Positions 10,534 to 23,548 of a DNA stretch of 64,000 nt are shown piece by piece; the stretch's first letter is position 1; each line of letters opens with the position of its first letter. This DNA is from Comamonadaceae bacterium (lineage in GTDB: Bacteria; Pseudomonadota; Gammaproteobacteria; Burkholderiales; Burkholderiaceae_C). Both the position numbers and the translations under genes were made by a program. The stretch covers positions 12,688 through 76,687 of the forward strand of contig CANFYL010000002.1 in assembly GCA_947451285.1 (NCBI GenBank). Reading direction: 5' to 3'. The notes under the pieces were generated by a model. It worked only from the letters and a program-made list of their open reading frames with translations, was not told the origin of the DNA and made no database searches.

Positions 10534-10661
10534 TGAAGCCTTGGTTGCGTCAACTCTTGGTCGCGGTAATCTGTGGCGTCGTGCTGCTGTCTGTTTTGTC
10601 GTTGTACTCACGCCCGAGCTTTTTGATGGATATGGCCAATCAAGTGTGGGGCTGTTTTTGA
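10533..10661 (+). CDS. Small single-TM protein, 42 aa (not in ORF track)
   Basis: TGATG stop/start overlap with the MFS gene; MKPWLRQLLVAVICGVVLLSVLSLYSRPSFLMDMANQVWGCF; ends 1 nt before the next ATG. Confidence 0.65.
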   Translation: MKPWLRQLLVAVICGVVLLSVLSLYSRPSFLMDMANQVWGCF

Positions 10662-10662
10662 C

Positions 10663-11238
10663 ATGACGCATTCTCAGTCCACGCATGGCACCGAGCCACC
10701 CTCCGCTTGGGTTCAACGCTGGGCGCACTTGATTCCCAAAAACGCCACCATCCTAGACATAGCCTGTGGCCGAGGCCGGCACATGCGCTATTTGGCCGAA
10801 CTCGGACACGCGTTGGTGGGGGTTGACCGCGACGAACAAGCCATTGCTGCCGTCTCAGGCCTTGGAGAAGCCATACAGGCGGACATTGAAAACGCCGCCT
10901 GGCCCTTGGTTGGCCGTCGATTTGGCGCTGTCGTAGTGACCAATTACCTGTGGAGGCCTGCCTGGTCATACATTTTGAGCAGCTTGGCACCTGACGGCGT
11001 GCTGATTTATGAAACTTTTGCCTCAGGCAATGAGACAGTGGGCAAACCCTCACGCCCTGATTTTTTGTTGCAACCCGGGGAACTGCTATCGCGCTGCGCC
11101 GCTTTGCACATCGTAGCCTATGAAGACGGCTTTTTAGACAACCCTGAACGCTTTGTGCAACGGATCGTGGCCGTGCAAACTCCAATGGCACGACAACTTG
11201 GTCAGCGCTTTGAGTTGAGCCCAAGTCTGCATCGTTAG
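10663..11238 (+). CDS. Class I SAM-dependent methyltransferase
   Basis: Motif I ILDIACGRGRH, GVDRD, LAPDGVLIYETF. Confidence 0.88.
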   Translation: MTHSQSTHGTEPPSAWVQRWAHLIPKNATILDIACGRGRHMRYLAELGHALVGVDRDEQAIAAVSGLGEAIQADIENAAWPLVGRRFGAVVVTNYLWRPAWSYILSSLAPDGVLIYETFASGNETVGKPSRPDFLLQPGELLSRCAALHIVAYEDGFLDNPERFVQRIVAVQTPMARQLGQRFELSPSLHR

Positions 11239-11271
11239 AATGGTTGTTTTATATTGACCGAACCTGCGGAT

Positions 11272-12165
11272 ATGACACCCATCACCGGCAGCATCGTGGC
11301 TTTGACCACTCCCATGTTAGAGGACGGCAGCGTGGATTACCCCACCCTGCGCAAACTGATTGACTGGCACATTGCAGAGGGCACTGACTGCATTGGCGTA
11401 GTCGGTACCACGGGCGAATCGCCAACGGTCAATGTCGAAGAACACTGCGAAATCATCCGCGTTTCGGTCGAACAAGCTGCCAAGCACAGCGAGAGACACG
11501 TGCCTATCATGGCCGGATGCGGCGCTAACTCAACGGCAGAAGCCATCGAGTTAGCGAAATTTGCCAAAGGCGTCGGGGCCAATTGCCAACTTCAAGTGGT
11601 GCCTTACTACAACAAGCCTACTCAAGAAGGCCAATACCTCCATTTCAAAGCCATTGCTGAGGCTGTAGACCTGCCTGTTGTGCTCTATAACGTGCCTGGA
11701 CGTACCGTGGCAGATATGTCTCACGATACGGTGCTGCGTTTAACCCAAATACAGGGCATCGTGGGCATCAAAGAAGCGACAGGCAATATTGAGCGTGCTC
11801 AATGGCTGATTCGTGATGTGCCCAAAAATTTCGCCGTCTACTCTGGGGATGACCCGACTGCGGTTGCCTTGATGCTGTGTGGTGGACAAGGCAACATCAG
11901 CGTCACTGCTAATGTGGCCCCACGCTGGATGCACGAACTTTGCATGGCGGCCATTTCTGGCGATGTAAAACGTGCGATGGAAATTCAATTCAAACTTATG
12001 CCAGTTCACAAGCATTTGTTTGTCGAGTCGAATCCAATCCCCGTGAAATGGGCCATGCACCGTATGGGACTGAGCGGTGCCACCCTGCGCATGCCCATGA
12101 CGGAATTGACAAAAGCCAACGAACCTGTGGTTGAAGGCGCTTTGCGCGCTGCGGGTTTGATCTGA
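11272..12165 (+). CDS. dapA: 4-hydroxy-tetrahydrodipicolinate synthase
   Basis: [26 protein letters not shown] (Schiff-base Lys). Confidence 0.96.
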   Translation: MTPITGSIVALTTPMLEDGSVDYPTLRKLIDWHIAEGTDCIGVVGTTGESPTVNVEEHCEIIRVSVEQAAKHSERHVPIMAGCGANSTAEAIELAKFAKGVGANCQLQVVPYYNKPTQEGQYLHFKAIAEAVDLPVVLYNVPGRTVADMSHDTVLRLTQIQGIVGIKEATGNIERAQWLIRDVPKNFAVYSGDDPTAVALMLCGGQGNISVTANVAPRWMHELCMAAISGDVKRAMEIQFKLMPVHKHLFVESNPIPVKWAMHRMGLSGATLRMPMTELTKANEPVVEGALRAAGLI

Positions 12166-12167
12166 CC

Positions 12168-13289
12168 ATGACTAAGGCCATCTCTGTGTTGTACTCTCCA
12201 ACTTTCATTCGCACCAGCGCAGTTTGTGTCATCGCCCTGCTCTTGAACGCTTGCAGCTCCGTGCTCGACAGCGACAAAGTCAACTATAGAACTGATGGCG
12301 CCGCCAAAATCGTACCTCTGGACATACCTCCTGATTTAAGCCAATTGGCGCGTGATACCCGTTACGCTGTCCCCGGTGGCATAGTCACTGCAAGCAGTAT
12401 GACCAATCGCAATAATTCATCTGCAATTGCAAGTACAGCAGCAAAATATGTCAATGATGTGCGTATTGAACGTGATGGTAAGCAGCGCTGGTTAGTCGTC
12501 AACCGTTCAGCTGAAGAAATTTGGCCCATCGTGCATGGATTCTGGAGAGAAAACGGATTCGAGTACGTCATCGACCAACAACAATTGGGCTTGCTTGAAA
12601 CCGAGTGGGCTGAAAATCGAGCCAAAATCCCTCAGGACTTTATTCGTCGTACCTTAGGCAAGGTCTTAGATGGCCTCTACTCATCTGGCGAGCGAGACAA
12701 GTTTCGCACCCGTCTCGAACGTAACAACAATGGTGGTGTCGATATTTTTATCACTCACCGTGGCATGCGTGAAGACTATTCAGACCAGATCAAAAGCACC
12801 ACCATTTGGCAGCCACGTCCAAGCGACAGTGAGTTGGAAGCTGAGTTCTTAAGTCGATTGATGGTCAAGCTTGGAATTTCCGAAACACAGGCCAAGAGCT
12901 CCGTCGCATCTCAGCAGGCCCAAATTGCAAGCACGTCGGGACTCAGTAATTTGGACGCCAACAAACTCGCTATTTCCGATTCATTTGATATCGCATGGCG
13001 CCGCGTTGGCGTTGCGCTAGACCGCACAGGATTCACCGTGGAGGACCGCGACCGCGCCCAGGGCATCTACTTTGTTCGATATGTTGACCCAAGCACCAAG
13101 GAAGAGAAAGGCTTTTTCAACAATTTATTCAGCAGTTCAAAAGCAGATGCAGGCCCACTCACATACAGAATATCGGTACGTAGTTTTAGTGGGAAGTCTG
13201 AAGTTACCGTTCAAAATACAGCGGGGCAACAAGACAATTCAACTATTGCCCAGCGTATCCTGAAATTACTGGGTGACGATCTGCGCTAA
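12168..13289 (+). CDS. bamC: Outer membrane protein assembly lipoprotein BamC
   Basis: Lipobox LNAC; LDIPPDL, ETEWAENRAKIP, GFTVEDRDR; directly follows dapA. Confidence 0.9.
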   Translation: MTKAISVLYSPTFIRTSAVCVIALLLNACSSVLDSDKVNYRTDGAAKIVPLDIPPDLSQLARDTRYAVPGGIVTASSMTNRNNSSAIASTAAKYVNDVRIERDGKQRWLVVNRSAEEIWPIVHGFWRENGFEYVIDQQQLGLLETEWAENRAKIPQDFIRRTLGKVLDGLYSSGERDKFRTRLERNNNGGVDIFITHRGMREDYSDQIKSTTIWQPRPSDSELEAEFLSRLMVKLGISETQAKSSVASQQAQIASTSGLSNLDANKLAISDSFDIAWRRVGVALDRTGFTVEDRDRAQGIYFVRYVDPSTKEEKGFFNNLFSSSKADAGPLTYRISVRSFSGKSEVTVQNTAGQQDNSTIAQRILKLLGDDLR

Positions 13290-13298
13290 ACCCTGCTC

Positions 13299-14084
13299 AT
13301 GCTTCGCCTGAAAAACTTGGGGAGTGGGAGCGCTGGGAATGCCACCTTGGTTGAGGCGAAAGAGGGTATTCATACAACCCGTTTACTGATCGATTGCGGT
13401 TTGCGACTTCGTGATTTGGAAACGCGTCTGAATCAAGCGGGCACCTCATCTCAAGAGATCGATGCAATCTTCATCACCCATGAGCATGTTGACCACATCG
13501 GATGCGCGCAAAGTCTACTCAAACGCAAACAGGTTCCGATATGGATGAGTCAGGGATGTTGGATGGCGATTCATACCCCCCAATGGAACTCATTTTCGCC
13601 CTGGTTCCACAGAGCTCGAGACGGCGAAACAATAAACATTAAAGACTTGCAATTGACACCATTCACGGTACCTCACGACGCCCGCGAGCCATTGCAACTT
13701 CAATGCAACAACGGTGACCGACGGTTGGGTCTGGTGACGGACTTAGGTCATGTGACACAGCATGTCGTTGAGTCACTTCAAGCGTGTCATTGCTTGATGC
13801 TCGAAACCAACCATGACCCAGAGTTACTGGCAAATTCGACATACCCGCAGTTTTTAAAAAACCGAATCAGCGGGGACTGGGGGCATTTGTCCAACAACAA
13901 GTCAGCTGACCTGCTCAAACGTATTTCCCATAAGCAACTCACACACGTGATCGCAGCACATTTGAGTGAGCGCAACAACTCGCCTGATCTGGCAAGGCAG
14001 TGCTTAAGCAGCGTACTTGGTTGTGAAGCCCAAGATATCTATGTCGCGAGCCCCGAGCTAGGAACGCCCTGGTTCACTGTTTAA
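13299..14084 (+). CDS. MBL-fold metallo-hydrolase
   Basis: GSGSAGN, THEHVDH (HxHxDH), HLSERNN. Confidence 0.9.
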   Translation: MLRLKNLGSGSAGNATLVEAKEGIHTTRLLIDCGLRLRDLETRLNQAGTSSQEIDAIFITHEHVDHIGCAQSLLKRKQVPIWMSQGCWMAIHTPQWNSFSPWFHRARDGETINIKDLQLTPFTVPHDAREPLQLQCNNGDRRLGLVTDLGHVTQHVVESLQACHCLMLETNHDPELLANSTYPQFLKNRISGDWGHLSNNKSADLLKRISHKQLTHVIAAHLSERNNSPDLARQCLSSVLGCEAQDIYVASPELGTPWFTV

Positions 14085-14116
14085 GGCCTGACCTAAGAGC
14101 CACCTCGCTACAACAT

Positions 14117-14144
14117 AAAAAAAGCCACCCAGCGGGTGGCTTTT
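14117..14144. terminator. Bidirectional intrinsic terminator
   Basis: AAAAAAAGCCACCC-AGC-GGGTGGCTTTT between convergent genes. Confidence 0.85.
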
Positions 14145-14163
14145 GAATCAGCTCGAAAGCAAA

Positions 14164-14334
14164 TTACTTGCTAGCGGCTTCAGAGGCGGGAGCAGCAGGA
14201 GCAGAGGCGTCAGCAGCAGGTGCCGAGGCAACTTCAGCAGGAGCAGCAGGGGCAGCGGCAGGTGCTTCTTTTTTACCGCAAGCAACAAGAGCAGCAGCAG
14301 CCAAGAGGGTCGCCAGCAGGAGCGTTTTATTCAT
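14164..14334 (-). CDS. Small Ala/Pro-rich lipoprotein (56 aa)
   Basis: MNKTLLLATLLAAAALVAC lipobox; low-complexity mature part; AAGGA RBS. Confidence 0.8.
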   Translation of the reverse strand: MNKTLLLATLLAAAALVACGKKEAPAAAPAAPAEVASAPAADASAPAAPASEAASK

Positions 14335-14361
14335 ATCAATTTTCCTTTGATGGGGATGAAA

Positions 14362-14441
14362 ACAATTTCTAGAAATTGCCGCAGTTTGCACTGCGACCGA
14401 GCTGATGGATTCGAGCCCTTCTAACTCAGCAGCAAATTATA
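14362..14441 (-). promoter_or_regulatory. Sigma70 -10 box and structured 5' UTR of the small lipoprotein gene
   Basis: TATAAT at 14436-14441 (minus) followed immediately by three consecutive hairpins. Confidence 0.55.
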
Positions 14442-14483
14442 GGGTAATTCCCTGTTACGGAGTAACAACGTGTCAGGAAGGCG

Positions 14484-15629
14484 TCAAGTGGGTACTTTTT
14501 TGTTGGTACTTTCTAGCCATCCGTCTTTGCACCAATCTGTCAGCAATTCCAAGGCTTCGGCACTCGCCAAGGAAAGACTCTCAGCATTAAGTTCCCGGGT
14601 ATCAGCCAATTCACGCATCAAGGCTGCGTCCGAGCCACTTGCTCGCCAACTTTCACCATTCAGGAATATATGATGCTTGTCATACATCATTCGGCTGCGT
14701 CGATTTAAACGCAAAGTGTGGAGCTTTCGAGGCACATCTTGCGTCTCAAACCACACGTTCGCTTTAGGCTCTGTCATCAACTCGCCAAAGGCGCGGTCTA
14801 GTGCCCGTGAGTCTTTTAATGCGCGTTGCACTGCTTTTTTTGCGAACGACTGCATAGCCGCTGGGATGGCGCCTGGTCGATCCACCGCAGTTTGGTCAGG
14901 ATCTCGGTAAAAATCAGAAGGCAGATTTTCACTGGCTGATTCACTCATGCGGAGCAATATCTCACGTCCCAACTCGGCAAACTGAGGAACGCGAAAACCC
15001 ACAGAATACGTCATGCAATCACCAATCGCCACGCCATCATGGGCATAGCGTGGGGGCAAATACAGCATGTCCCCAGGGTTGAGAACGAACTCTTGTTCAT
15101 ATTCAAAGTGGGCCAATACTTTGAGTGGCATATCAGGACGCAAAGACAAATCTTTTTGCCGTCCAATGCGCCAGCGGCGCTGACCCTGCGCCTGCAACAG
15201 AAACACGTCGTAGCTGTCAAAGTGGGGGCCAACGCCACCGCCATCGCTGGCGTAGCTGATCATGACATCGTCTAAGCGGACTTCCGGCACGAAACGAAAC
15301 TTCTGCATCAGATCGGCCACAGCGTCGTCGTGTAAATCCACGCCTTGAACCAACAGGGTCCAGTCACGCTCGCTCAGCTTGGGAATAGCGCGACGCTTGA
15401 AAGGGCCGCGCTGCATTTGCCAAGCGCGCCGCCCATTGTTTTCTCCTTGCACGAGGCGGGACTCCACGCCGTCCTGAGCAGCCAGATCGAACAGCTCAGC
15501 GCGGCTCAGCAAAGGGGAGAAATTGGGAATAGCTTGACGCACCAGCAAAGGTTTGCGTTGCCAATGGCGCTGCATGAATTCAACGGGTGTCAAGCCGCCA
15601 AGCAAGGTTAAAGGGTGTTTCACATTCAT
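14484..15629 (-). CDS. JmjC/cupin ribosomal protein hydroxylase (RoxA/YcfD family)
   Basis: DDVMISYA, GVGPHFDSYDVFLLQ, PGDMLYLPP..AHDG. Confidence 0.88.
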   Translation of the reverse strand: MNVKHPLTLLGGLTPVEFMQRHWQRKPLLVRQAIPNFSPLLSRAELFDLAAQDGVESRLVQGENNGRRAWQMQRGPFKRRAIPKLSERDWTLLVQGVDLHDDAVADLMQKFRFVPEVRLDDVMISYASDGGGVGPHFDSYDVFLLQAQGQRRWRIGRQKDLSLRPDMPLKVLAHFEYEQEFVLNPGDMLYLPPRYAHDGVAIGDCMTYSVGFRVPQFAELGREILLRMSESASENLPSDFYRDPDQTAVDRPGAIPAAMQSFAKKAVQRALKDSRALDRAFGELMTEPKANVWFETQDVPRKLHTLRLNRRSRMMYDKHHIFLNGESWRASGSDAALMRELADTRELNAESLSLASAEALELLTDWCKDGWLESTNKKVPT

Positions 15630-15648
15630 CGTGCGACAATTTTGCCCT

Positions 15649-16173
15649 ATGGAAATTACCCAACACTGCGTGGTCGGCTTGACCTGGACCTTGAAAGACA
15701 CCTTGGGTGAGGTGCTCGACGAATTGGACGAACCCGTTGAGTTTTTACTCGGCGGGGACGATTTGCTGCACAAAATCGAAGAGGCGCTGCAAGGCCACAG
15801 CGTGGGTGCGCTGATTGACTTGCACCTTGAGCCAGAAGAGGCCTTCGGGGACTATGACGAAGAACGCGTATTTTTAGAAGACCGCGCGCGTTTTCCGAAA
15901 GAGCTAGAAGAAGGCCACACCCTCGAAGGTCACGCCCTGCCCGATGGCTGCAACCCGGATGCACCACGTGACTTGCTGTACACGGTGACCGACATTTACC
16001 CTGAGCATGTGGTGCTTGACGGCAACCATCCACTGGCAGGCATTGCCATTCGCATTCACCTCGAAGTGAAATCGGTACGCGAAGCCTCTGACGAAGAAAA
16101 AGACCGGGGCACAGCTGGCACTGGTTTTTTCAAAATTGAGCCGCAGGCGCCGGGCGGCGACCTGCTGCACTGA
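15649..16173 (+). CDS. FKBP-type peptidyl-prolyl isomerase (SlyD-like)
   Basis: LEPEEAFGDYD, VLDGNHPLAG, VREAS; no His-rich tail. Confidence 0.88.
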   Translation: MEITQHCVVGLTWTLKDTLGEVLDELDEPVEFLLGGDDLLHKIEEALQGHSVGALIDLHLEPEEAFGDYDEERVFLEDRARFPKELEEGHTLEGHALPDGCNPDAPRDLLYTVTDIYPEHVVLDGNHPLAGIAIRIHLEVKSVREASDEEKDRGTAGTGFFKIEPQAPGGDLLH

Positions 16174-16174
16174 G

Positions 16175-16624
16175 TTACTTTTTCCCAGTCGAGCCGTAGC
16201 CACCTTCGCCACGCTCTGTGGATGCGGCGAACTCATTGACCACGTTGAATTGCGCCTGCACCACCGGCACAATGACCAACTGCGCCAGGCGCTCCATCGG
16301 CTCCAACGTGAAAGCCACATCACTGCGGTTCCAGGCACTGACCATCAATTGGCCTTGGTAGTCGCTGTCTATCAGACCCACCAAATTGCCCAACACAATG
16401 CCGTGCTTGTGACCCAAGCCCGAACGCGGCAAGATCAGCGCGGCATAAGCCGGATCAGCCAAATGAATTGCAATGCCTGTTGGCACGAGTTGCCAAGCGT
16501 TGGGCTCCAGCTTCAAAGATGCATCCAAACAGGCCCGCAAATCCAACCCAGCACTGCCAGGTGTGGCGTATTGGGGCAGTTGATCTGCCATGCGGGGATC
16601 CAGAATTTTGACGTCGAGTTTCAT
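16175..16624 (-). CDS. dut: dUTP diphosphatase
   Basis: [31 protein letters not shown]. Confidence 0.96.
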   Translation of the reverse strand: MKLDVKILDPRMADQLPQYATPGSAGLDLRACLDASLKLEPNAWQLVPTGIAIHLADPAYAALILPRSGLGHKHGIVLGNLVGLIDSDYQGQLMVSAWNRSDVAFTLEPMERLAQLVIVPVVQAQFNVVNEFAASTERGEGGYGSTGKK

Positions 16625-16673
16625 AGGTTCAAGTTCAAAGTGAAGCGCGGCCTGACCGCATCGAAAAAAAGAT

Positions 16674-17885
16674 TCAGCTGCGGCGACGTGCAATTTCAGT
16701 CACCAATTGGCGGGCCAAACTGAGTTTGCTGGCATGAGGTAATTCTTGACTGCCCTGCGCGTCAACCAAAAGCAAGGCGTTTTCATCTAGGCCAAACGTG
16801 GCCGGACCAATATTGCCCACCATCAGGGGGACGCCTTTACGCACGCGCTTCGCCGTTGCATGCGCCAACAAGTCATGGCTCTCTGCCGCAAAACCCACGC
16901 AAAACAGCGCTCCGTTTTGCGCGCGCTCAGACTGTGCGACAGTAGCCAAGATATCGGGGTTTTCGGTGAACTGCATCTGGGGCAATTGACCCGAGCCGTC
17001 TTTCTTGATTTTTTGTGTCGCCACGCTAGACAAGCGCCAATCGGCCACAGCAGCGGTTGCCACAAACACCGTGGCCTGATCCACTTGCTGCGCAACAGCG
17101 GCTTGCATGTCCAAAGCCGATCGCACATCGACACGTCGCACGCCACGTGGTGTGGCCTGATGAACGGGGCCAGCAACCAGCGTGACCTCAGCCCCCGCTT
17201 CGCGGGCGGCACGTGCAATCGCAAAGCCCATCTTGCCGCTCGACAAATTGGTGATGCCGCGCACCGGATCGATGGCTTCGAACGTGGGCCCTGCTGTGAC
17301 CAGCACATGCTGTCCTTGCAACACCTTCGGTTGAAAAAACGCCACCAAATCTTCTAATATTTCCTCGGGCTCCAACATGCGTCCATCACCGGTTTCGCCA
17401 CACGCTTGCTCGCCCTGCCCCACATTCAACACATGCGCACCATCGGCCCTCAACTGCGCCACATTGCGTTGTGTGGCGGGGTGTTGCCACATCTCACGGT
17501 TCATCGCGGGTGCCAATATCAAGGGGACACTTTGTAAAGGTCGCGCCAAGCACATCAGACTCAGCAAATCATCCGCTCGACCGTGCAATAGCTTGGCCAT
17601 GAAATCGGCGCTGGCAGGTGCTACTACGATGGCATCGGCATCTCGACTCAAATTGATGTGTGCCATGTTGTTGGGCTCACGCCCGTCCCACTGCGAGACA
17701 TACACGCTCCGGTTGCTCAAAGCTTGTAGGGTGACGGGTGTGATGAATTGCGTTGCAGCCTCGGTCATCACCACCTGAACACTCGCACCCATCTTGATCA
17801 AGGCTCGACACAGTTCAGCCGATTTGTAGCAGGCAATGCCGCCACTGAGTCCCATAAGAATATGTTTGTTTGACAGTTCAGACAT
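16674..17885 (-). CDS. coaBC: Bifunctional phosphopantothenoylcysteine decarboxylase/synthetase
   Basis: [37 protein letters not shown]. Confidence 0.95.
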   Translation of the reverse strand: MSELSNKHILMGLSGGIACYKSAELCRALIKMGASVQVVMTEAATQFITPVTLQALSNRSVYVSQWDGREPNNMAHINLSRDADAIVVAPASADFMAKLLHGRADDLLSLMCLARPLQSVPLILAPAMNREMWQHPATQRNVAQLRADGAHVLNVGQGEQACGETGDGRMLEPEEILEDLVAFFQPKVLQGQHVLVTAGPTFEAIDPVRGITNLSSGKMGFAIARAAREAGAEVTLVAGPVHQATPRGVRRVDVRSALDMQAAVAQQVDQATVFVATAAVADWRLSSVATQKIKKDGSGQLPQMQFTENPDILATVAQSERAQNGALFCVGFAAESHDLLAHATAKRVRKGVPLMVGNIGPATFGLDENALLLVDAQGSQELPHASKLSLARQLVTEIARRRS

Positions 17886-17913
17886 GATCCGCAATGTAGC
17901 AGAGCGCCTATAA

Positions 17914-19602
<1,689 letters not shown>

Positions 19603-19625
19603 GCGCTCAAAAAACGGGACGCACC

Positions 19626-20483
19626 ATGAAACTTTGCGGATTTGACGTCGGTCTGAACCAGCCCTTCTTTCTGATTGCGGGCACCTGCTCCATTGAAGGC
19701 TTGGAGATGTCGCTTGAGGTTGCGGGCCAACTCAAAGAAATTTGTTCGACTTTGGGCATTCCCCTTATCTACAAAGGCTCCTTTGACAAAGCCAATCGCT
19801 CGTCGGGAAACACCCAACGCGGCGTGGGCATGGATGCGGGTTTGAAAATACTCGACGAAGTACGTCGTCAACTTCAACTCCCAATCCTCACCGATGTTCA
19901 CGAAGCCTCACAGGTCAGCACCGTTGCCAATGTGGTGGATGTGTTGCAAACACCCGCTTTTTTATGCCGTCAGACCGACTTCATTCGTGCCGTGGCGCAA
20001 TCGGGCAAGCCGGTGAATATCAAGAAGGGCCAGTTTCTGGCCCCTTGGGACATGAAAAACGTCATCGACAAAGCGCGTGACGCCGCGCGAGAAGCAGGTT
20101 TGCCCGAAGATAACTTTTTGGCCTGTGAACGCGGCGTGAGCTTTGGCTACAACAACCTGGTGGCCGACATGACCAGCTTGGCAGAGATGCGCAAGTCTGG
20201 CGCGCCTGTGGTGTTTGATGTGACCCATTCGGTGCAAAAACCAGGGGGTCAAGGCACCAGCAGTGGTGGCGCCCGTGACATGGTGCCCGTACTGGCGCGC
20301 GCAGGCATTGCTGTGGGGGTTGCCGGGCTGTTCATGGAAACCCATCCCCATCCCAACGAGGCATGGTCGGATGGCCCGAATGCGGTGCCTCTCAAGCACA
20401 TGAAAGCCCTGTTGGAAACCTTGGTCGAGTTGGACCGTGTGACCAAAAAGCAGCCATTTCTAGAAAATAATTTTGGCATTTGA
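19626..20483 (+). CDS. kdsA: KDO 8-phosphate synthase
   Basis: [26 protein letters not shown]; pyrG-kdsA-eno order. Confidence 0.96.
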   Translation: MKLCGFDVGLNQPFFLIAGTCSIEGLEMSLEVAGQLKEICSTLGIPLIYKGSFDKANRSSGNTQRGVGMDAGLKILDEVRRQLQLPILTDVHEASQVSTVANVVDVLQTPAFLCRQTDFIRAVAQSGKPVNIKKGQFLAPWDMKNVIDKARDAAREAGLPEDNFLACERGVSFGYNNLVADMTSLAEMRKSGAPVVFDVTHSVQKPGGQGTSSGGARDMVPVLARAGIAVGVAGLFMETHPHPNEAWSDGPNAVPLKHMKALLETLVELDRVTKKQPFLENNFGI

Positions 20484-20489
20484 TTCTGA

Positions 20490-21803
<1,314 letters not shown>

Positions 21804-21815
21804 ACGGTCAGTCAC

Positions 21816-22088
21816 GTGCTGCGCCCTCTTCACTTGGTTCTGATTGCCTTGCTGTTGGTGTTGCAAGGTCAGATGTGGTTTGGACGTGGCAGCGTGCCCG
21901 ATGTCATGCGTTTGCGCCAGCAACTGGCTGAACAAAAACAAAACAACGCAGCCGCGCAATTGGCCAATGACCGATTGGGTGCTGAATTGCACGACCTCAA
22001 AGACGGTCTGGAAATGGTTGAAGAACGGGCACGTACAGAAATCGGAATGGTCAAGCCAAATGAAATTTTTGTGCAGATCGCCAAGTGA
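21816..22088 (+). CDS. ftsB: Cell division protein FtsB
   Basis: TM plus WFGRGS, coiled coil, EERARTEIGMVKPNE; follows eno. Confidence 0.9.
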   Translation: MLRPLHLVLIALLLVLQGQMWFGRGSVPDVMRLRQQLAEQKQNNAAAQLANDRLGAELHDLKDGLEMVEERARTEIGMVKPNEIFVQIAK

Positions 22089-22104
22089 CTGAGCGCCTCA
22101 AGGC

Positions 22105-22566
22105 ATGAAGATCGCCGTGCTTGGTGCCCCGGGCACCGGAAAATCCCAACTGACTCAAGCGTTGGCTTGCCATCTGCAGCCACAGCATGTCGACGTGGTC
22201 GATGCCCCCGATATCACGCAAGCCCATGCGGGTTATGCTTTCGACATCACCTTGTTGTGTGGTTTGGATTTGCCTGACTCTGCCAAAACACGACACGGCA
22301 GCACAGCGACTGAGCGGGAATTGATTGACCAACGCATTCGCAACCAGCTCGATACCGCGCAGATTGCCTACCAAGTAGTGTATGGCGTGGGTAAAGAACG
22401 CCTAGAGAACGCTTTGTATTGCATAGCACGTCAGGCGCCTATGACCACCAACTCGCCTCTGCGCTCAGAGGCTGCGAGTCATTGGTCCGGACCGTGCGAG
22501 CGGTGCGCCGATGGGGACTGCGAGCACCGGCTGTTCATGGACTTGCTGAACAACAAATCTCGCTGA
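22105..22566 (+). CDS. Small P-loop NTPase-like protein with C-terminal Cys/His motif
   Basis: Walker A GAPGTGKS; C-terminal CERCADGDCEH. Confidence 0.7.
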   Translation: MKIAVLGAPGTGKSQLTQALACHLQPQHVDVVDAPDITQAHAGYAFDITLLCGLDLPDSAKTRHGSTATERELIDQRIRNQLDTAQIAYQVVYGVGKERLENALYCIARQAPMTTNSPLRSEAASHWSGPCERCADGDCEHRLFMDLLNNKSR

Positions 22567-22573
22567 TACGGTC

Positions 22574-23548
22574 TCAGTGCAATGACGAAGGGCCTGACAC
22601 TTGTTGTTCTGTGCTGGTGAAAATTTGCGCCGCATCCACTGGGTCATAGCGGTATTGCTGGCCACAAAAATCACAGCCCACCTCAATGTCGCCACGCTCG
22701 GCCAAGATACTCTCCGCCTCGGCCACGCCCAAGCTACGAATCATCTGACTCACGCGCTCACGGTTGCATGAGCAGGAAAAACGCGGTGTCTGGGGTTCAA
22801 AACGCACCACGGGCTCATCCCAGAAAAGGCGACGCAGGATGGTGTCGGCGTCCAGCGTGAGCAGCTCTTCGCGCTTCAAACTGGCGGCCAAAATAGCGAT
22901 GCGGTTGTAGTCTTCGTTGCGACCAATTTCATCTTCATCGGCCGCAGTGGATCGGGCGGACAAGTTGCCCTCACCCATGACAGGCAAGCGCTGGATCAAC
23001 AAACCTGCCGCAGTTTTGTCATCGGCTGCCAACACCAAGGTGGTGTCTAGCTGCTCACTTTGCAACATGTAATGCTCAAGCACCTGGTTGAACTGCATGA
23101 GTTTTTCGCGTTGATCCCCAAACAACGGAACCACCCCTTGATAAGGCTGTTGTCCAGGCAACTTGTCTTTTGGATCCAGGGTGATGGCGCAACGCCCCTC
23201 GTTGTTCTGGTTCACCATCTCGGGCAAGCTGCTGGCGTCCCCAATGTCACCGACCACTTTGGCGGTGGCACGCAAACTCAAATCAGACTGCACCTCGACC
23301 ACGGCCAGTTTGAGCGGGCCATCGCCAAAAATCTGCATCACCAAAGCGCCATTGAATTTGATGTTGGCTTGCATCAGCAACGCGGCAGCAGTCATTTCAC
23401 CGAGCAAGTGACGCACGGGCTCAGGGTAGGCGCCAGTCTCACCATTAGCGGCACGGCGCTTGAGCACCTCTTGCCAGACATCGGTGAGTTGCACCAACAT
23501 GCCTCGCACGGGCAAGCCATCAAACAAAAATTTATGGAGCTGAGTCAT
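22574..23548 (-). CDS. hslO: Redox-regulated chaperone Hsp33
   Basis: CSC...CDFC zinc centre; YQGVVPL, YMLQSEQL. Confidence 0.93.
   Translation of the reverse strand: MTQLHKFLFDGLPVRGMLVQLTDVWQEVLKRRAANGETGAYPEPVRHLLGEMTAAALLMQANIKFNGALVMQIFGDGPLKLAVVEVQSDLSLRATAKVVGDIGDASSLPEMVNQNNEGRCAITLDPKDKLPGQQPYQGVVPLFGDQREKLMQFNQVLEHYMLQSEQLDTTLVLAADDKTAAGLLIQRLPVMGEGNLSARSTAADEDEIGRNEDYNRIAILAASLKREELLTLDADTILRRLFWDEPVVRFEPQTPRFSCSCNRERVSQMIRSLGVAEAESILAERGDIEVGCDFCGQQYRYDPVDAAQIFTSTEQQVSGPSSLH

Noticed and set aside
14180-14320. Repeated GCAGCAGG/GCAGGAGC units
   Set aside because: These are Ala/Pro codons of the small lipoprotein; no spacers, so not a CRISPR array or VNTR
14396-14430. tRNA-like T-arm (GGGCTCGAATCC)
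   Set aside because: No acceptor, D or anticodon arms forming a cloverleaf and no CCA end; treated as part of a structured leader instead
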